Shown piece by piece: positions 60,823 through 64,000 of a stretch of DNA of 64,000 bases (the stretch's first letter is position 1; the number at the start of each line of letters is the position of its first letter). Source of the stretch: Shigella phage SFPB. The notes under the pieces were generated by a model. It had not been told where the DNA came from and ran no database searches. It saw only the letters and a program-made list of their open reading frames with translations. The translations under genes and the position numbers were made by a program. The stretch lies in sequence record OQ031072, one strand, 5' to 3'.

Positions 60823-61092
60823 TATACAACTAATAATGGCAGAACTTTAAATGTAACTTTAAAGCACTATGTAGATGGTGTATTAAACTTTGAAGACTTG
60901 CAAGCAGAACAGCACTTGTTAGCTTGGCAAGTAGCAGGATTACAAAAAACCGCCACCGGATATGGGAAGAAAATCCCTACATCTTGGAAAGTTCGATACC
61001 TTGGAAAGTTACGCAGAATTTATCAAGATGTTTACAGTAATAGTGGTGTAAGTTACATTATTGTTAGTGGTAAAAAGTTACATCTTGCTTAA
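60820..61092 (+). CDS. hypothetical protein
   Basis: 90 aa. Confidence 0.5.
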   Translation: MYTTNNGRTLNVTLKHYVDGVLNFEDLQAEQHLLAWQVAGLQKTATGYGKKIPTSWKVRYLGKLRRIYQDVYSNSGVSYIIVSGKKLHLA

Positions 61093-61094
61093 TA

Positions 61095-61182
61095 AAGTGC
61101 TTTACATGGGGTTTATAAGTCGATAGTATAAGCCCCAGATAAAGAACTTTATCACTAACCTAAACTGGAGATTCAAAAAATG
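61095..61182 (+). promoter_or_regulatory. early-promoter cassette, variant A (near-identical to copy at 59434)
   Basis: AAGTGCTTTACATGGGGTTTATAAGTCGATAGTATAAGCCCCAGATAAAGAAC...; ATG 61180. Confidence 0.6.
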
Positions 61183-61581
61183 GCTACGAACAAAGATATA
61201 GCAGTACTGAAAGCACGTTTGACCGTTAACCGTATTAATGCTATCACATCAACCGCACCAGATGAGGTTTTACATAACATTATCGGTAAAATTCAGGGTG
61301 TAATTTTAGACGTTGAAAACATCAGAAATTCACTTGCAAATGTTGCACAGGGTGTTACACTTGACGGCGCACAATATGAAATGGCTGATATGCTTTCAAA
61401 GTCAAAAGTTCTTAATAAAGAATTAGACTTGAAAATGTTTCGATTTGCTGTTAAAGTGTGGTTATCTGTTGAGTTTGATGCTAACTTTGCAATTGCTGAT
61501 TTCTTTGCAACGTGGTTACAACGTAATTTAGAAAAGCAAGATTTTCAAGATATCTGCGATACAATTTACGCAGAACTTTAA
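61180..61581 (+). CDS. hypothetical protein
   Basis: 133 aa. Confidence 0.5.
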   Translation: MATNKDIAVLKARLTVNRINAITSTAPDEVLHNIIGKIQGVILDVENIRNSLANVAQGVTLDGAQYEMADMLSKSKVLNKELDLKMFRFAVKVWLSVEFDANFAIADFFATWLQRNLEKQDFQDICDTIYAEL

Positions 61582-61588
61582 AAAACGT

Positions 61589-61675
61589 TTGACACTAATT
61601 TTTAGATAGATTAAAGTACTCATCAACGGGGCAAGACAGAAGCCCCAACAATCCTAAACTGGAGATTCAAAAATG
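61589..61675 (+). promoter_or_regulatory. early-promoter cassette, variant B (TTGACA-17-TAAAGT, hairpin, RBS)
   Basis: -35 61589-61594, -10 61612-61617; canonical ATG 61673. Confidence 0.6.
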
Positions 61676-61677
61676 AA

Positions 61678-62229
61678 ATGCTTTCACGGAACTACTCAAG
61701 AAAATTTTGTAAACCTGCTGAGTGGTGGAGAAAACCTTCAGGGGCTTGGAATTGCTCAGACAGTGACGGGTGTTTTTATGTTTACCCTGTTAGTAAGTTC
61801 TATGATGTAGAGGATATGGACGCAGAACAAATCACTGAAGAGGGTATTAGAAACGCTCTGGATAGCGCAAGTATCACAGCGGCTTTCCAGATGAAATCAC
61901 AAAAAATCGTTATCTTGGAACTTGATATTCCAGAAGATGAATTACAAGATGACTGGAGCTGTGAGAACATGAGCGATGTTGCAAGCTTTACAGAATACTT
62001 TGATAGGGCTTGGATTAAAAAGATTTACACAACTGAATTTAATGCTATGTATGCACCGTTTTTTGTACCTAACTTGAACAATAGAAATCTGGGCTATGTA
62101 CCTGATGAATTACATAACATTGCTGTAATGATTCAACGTAGCGATGAGATGAATAACGTGTTTTGTGATTTGTGCGACAACTTGCAATCTAACATAACAG
62201 AAAGCACTGTAAGCGACGTTTTAGCGTAA
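61678..62229 (+). CDS. hypothetical protein; start ambiguous (61678 in-frame ATG, or cassette-canonical ATG 61673 in the +1-offset frame joined at T5 run 61774-61778)
   Basis: 183-aa ORF from 61678; alternative 45-codon ORF from 61673 ends at 61810. Confidence 0.45.
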   Translation: MLSRNYSRKFCKPAEWWRKPSGAWNCSDSDGCFYVYPVSKFYDVEDMDAEQITEEGIRNALDSASITAAFQMKSQKIVILELDIPEDELQDDWSCENMSDVASFTEYFDRAWIKKIYTTEFNAMYAPFFVPNLNNRNLGYVPDELHNIAVMIQRSDEMNNVFCDLCDNLQSNITESTVSDVLA

Positions 62230-62292
62230 ACCATACAATCACACTAACAACATTCAAAAGCCCTGTATAGGGGCTTACAAGGGGTTTAAATC

Positions 62293-62529
62293 ATGTTAAC
62301 GACTATCTATCTCATGCTTGCCGTTTGCTCTGGTGCAAATAATTGTCATTATGGCATTATGGAATCTTTCGAAGGCACTAAACAAAATGCAGTAGAGGCT
62401 TGCAATATTGCTAGACAGGACTACCCGAAATCGTCTATAATGGGCTGTTATGTCTTACAAGGTGAAGACGAAAGCACAGAATACTACGAAAACGTTAATG
62501 AAGATGAGTTTTTAGAGATTTACAAATAA
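62293..62529 (+). CDS. small secreted/lipoprotein-like Cys-containing protein
   Basis: Hydrophobic N-terminus MLTTIYLMLAVCSG; 78 aa. Confidence 0.45.
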   Translation: MLTTIYLMLAVCSGANNCHYGIMESFEGTKQNAVEACNIARQDYPKSSIMGCYVLQGEDESTEYYENVNEDEFLEIYK

Positions 62530-62606
62530 AGTACTTTACATGGGGCTTTAAACCTTGCTACTATAAGCCCCAGATAAAGAGCTTTCCTAAACTGGAGATT
62601 CAAATG
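62529..62606 (+). promoter_or_regulatory. early-promoter cassette, variant A (shortened 3' part)
   Basis: AAGTACTTTACA-18-TACTAT, hairpin, CCTAAACTGGAGA; ATG 62604. Confidence 0.55.
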
Positions 62607-62753
62607 ATGACGCATACTATTGAGACAGTTTTTAACAACCCTGTATTCTCAGAGATGATTTTCTCATTTATCATGATGTTACTAGTAAAAATCATGAAAA
62701 AAGCAGAAAAACTACATTTAAAGAAAAAATCTATTGTAAACCGTATTAAGTAA
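62604..62753 (+). CDS. small membrane protein (49 aa), not in ORF track
   Basis: cassette-driven; hydrophobic core FSFIMMLLV then basic tail. Confidence 0.4.
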   Translation: MMTHTIETVFNNPVFSEMIFSFIMMLLVKIMKKAEKLHLKKKSIVNRIK

Positions 62754-62800
62754 AGTTACAGTATCTATCAAGCCCACTTCCTAAACTGGAGAATCTGAAA

Positions 62801-63142
62801 ATGGCACATGTAACCATAATTACTGATAAAGAAAATTCATCTTGGTCTACAAAAGTAAGTGATAAAGTGTCGCCTTTACAGTGCCTAAAATACTTTGAGC
62901 AATGGAATCGCGGCGAGGATGTTAGCCCGTTTCATGTGATGCGTATAGTTCACACTGACAAAGAAGGGAATAAAACAACCTTAAACAGTGAATACTATGC
63001 AACACGATTTGAAACAAAAGTTAACACAATGAAAATATTACGTGAATCCGGCTATGGTCACATTGCCGCTTTAATCTGGAGTGATTTACTCAAAGACCAA
63101 AAAATGACCTATGTCAAGACAGAAAAAATCTTTATAAGCTAA
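62801..63142 (+). CDS. hypothetical protein
   Basis: 113 aa; preceded by CTTCCTAAACTGGAGAATC RBS module. Confidence 0.5.
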   Translation: MAHVTIITDKENSSWSTKVSDKVSPLQCLKYFEQWNRGEDVSPFHVMRIVHTDKEGNKTTLNSEYYATRFETKVNTMKILRESGYGHIAALIWSDLLKDQKMTYVKTEKIFIS

Positions 63143-63269
63143 TCAATGACTTACAAAATTCTTTGAAAAAACTGTTGACAATACCCCTTGACATTGATAG
63201 ATTTGTTCGAGGGGTTTATCTAAAAGGGATTCACTTAAAAGATTCTTTATAGATAAGCGTAAAAAGTAC

Positions 63270-63340
63270 TTGCAAAGGTCTAATCATATCTATATAGTAT
63301 CTTCAAAAGGCAACTTCCTAAACTGGAGAATCACTAAATG
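63270..63340 (+). promoter_or_regulatory. early promoter TTGCAA-17-TATAGT plus CCTAAACTGGAGA RBS module (no hairpin)
   Basis: -35 63270-63275, -10 63293-63298; ATG 63338. Confidence 0.5.
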
Positions 63341-63478
63341 TTAGATATCATTAAAAACCCTATCCTTTGCGGTATGATTGTCTCTGTTGTGTTGCCATTA
63401 GCAATACTCATCATTGGTGAAATCTCAGATAAACTTTTTGATAAAAAACTACTTGCAATACAGAATCAAAACAAGTAA
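63338..63478 (+). CDS. small membrane protein (46 aa), not in ORF track
   Basis: Hydrophobic segment ILCGMIVSVVLPLAILIIG; 3' end overlaps next cassette promoter. Confidence 0.4.
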   Translation: MLDIIKNPILCGMIVSVVLPLAILIIGEISDKLFDKKLLAIQNQNK

Positions 63479-63545
63479 AGTATTTATCAACGGGGAGGAG
63501 ACTTCCCCACTAAAACAAAATTCCTAAACTGGAGAATCTAGAATG
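63453..63545 (+). promoter_or_regulatory. early-promoter cassette, variant B (TTGCAA-17-TAAAGT, hairpin GGGGAGGAGACTTCCCC, RBS)
   Basis: -35 63453-63458; ATG 63543. Confidence 0.6.
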
Positions 63546-64000
63546 AATAAGTTCCAAGCAATTAATCATATCCGTTCCAATGCAGTAATGAGCAAGCCAG
63601 TAAAAGACACCTTCGAATTTCGCTGTAATGACAAGTTGTTTGCAGTCATTACGAAAGGGGAAGATAAAAAGTATTATGTACATCGCCAAAACGTTAAGGC
63701 GGTAACAGCAGATAACTTTATGCAAGCTGTTGCAAAAATTCTACCGGATTTTATGGAACTGGTAGCAGAACTTTGTGAACACTGCATCAAGTCATCAAAG
63801 GCAGAATTAAACCGCTTTAAAATGGCTTATGAGCGTTCTATCAAGTCTCATAACATGTATATCATGCCATTGGCTTTTGGTACTCAGGCAATGGGAACAG
63901 GTTGTCATCCTTGCCACCTTTACGATGTAGAAAGCATTTACCTTAGTGAGACAAAAGATATTGATTTTAGTTTACAGTTAGGACAAGCATTAAACGATAT
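63543..64000 (+). CDS. hypothetical protein, 3' end beyond window
   Basis: ORF open from cassette-positioned ATG to window end. Confidence 0.5.
   Translation, partial: MNKFQAINHIRSNAVMSKPVKDTFEFRCNDKLFAVITKGEDKKYYVHRQNVKAVTADNFMQAVAKILPDFMELVAELCEHCIKSSKAELNRFKMAYERSIKSHNMYIMPLAFGTQAMGTGCHPCHLYDVESIYLSETKDIDFSLQLGQALND

Noticed and set aside
58153-63545. Regularly spaced repeats that could superficially resemble a CRISPR array
   Set aside because: The spacers are 200-550 bp protein-coding genes of variable length, and the repeats contain sigma70 promoter hexamers and an SD/ATG; this is a promoter cassette array.

Overview
This window looks like a contiguous slice of a large, AT-rich, virulent tailed-phage genome (myovirus-type), read from sequence and the ORF track only; no database search was run. 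Layout: (1) 1-17830, plus strand, a late structural operon: lambda gpE-like major capsid, head-tail joining proteins, putative sheath, tube, tail-assembly chaperone with a candidate -1 programmed frameshift, tape measure, baseplate proteins and two tail fibres with collar and His-rich domains. (2) 17867-27880, minus strand: thymidylate synthase, DHFR, an XRE-type HTH regulator, ATP-dependent DNA ligase and a family-A DNA polymerase. (3) 28139-57726, plus strand: dNMP kinase, T7 gp4-like primase-helicase, flap endonuclease, class Ia and class III ribonucleotide reductases, three free-standing homing endonucleases, a Prs-like plus Nampt-like NAD+ gene pair, rIIA/rIIB-like genes, a secreted transglycosylase, an overlapping spanin pair and a macro-domain protein. 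(4) 57795-57979: tandem ~43-bp direct repeats. (5) 58150-64000: about 15 small genes, most preceded by a reiterated ~85-90 bp promoter + hairpin + RBS cassette. Most interesting: the NAD+ pair (candidate anti-defence module), the macro-domain protein, the cassette array and the iterons. thyA and the primase-helicase are each broken by a single-base frame change at a homopolymer, and the putative sheath may be too. The gene repertoire resembles Felix O1-like myoviruses, but that is recollection only. Starts marked as trimmed were moved from GTG/TTG track starts to the first SD-preceded ATG; non-track coordinates are +/-2 nt.
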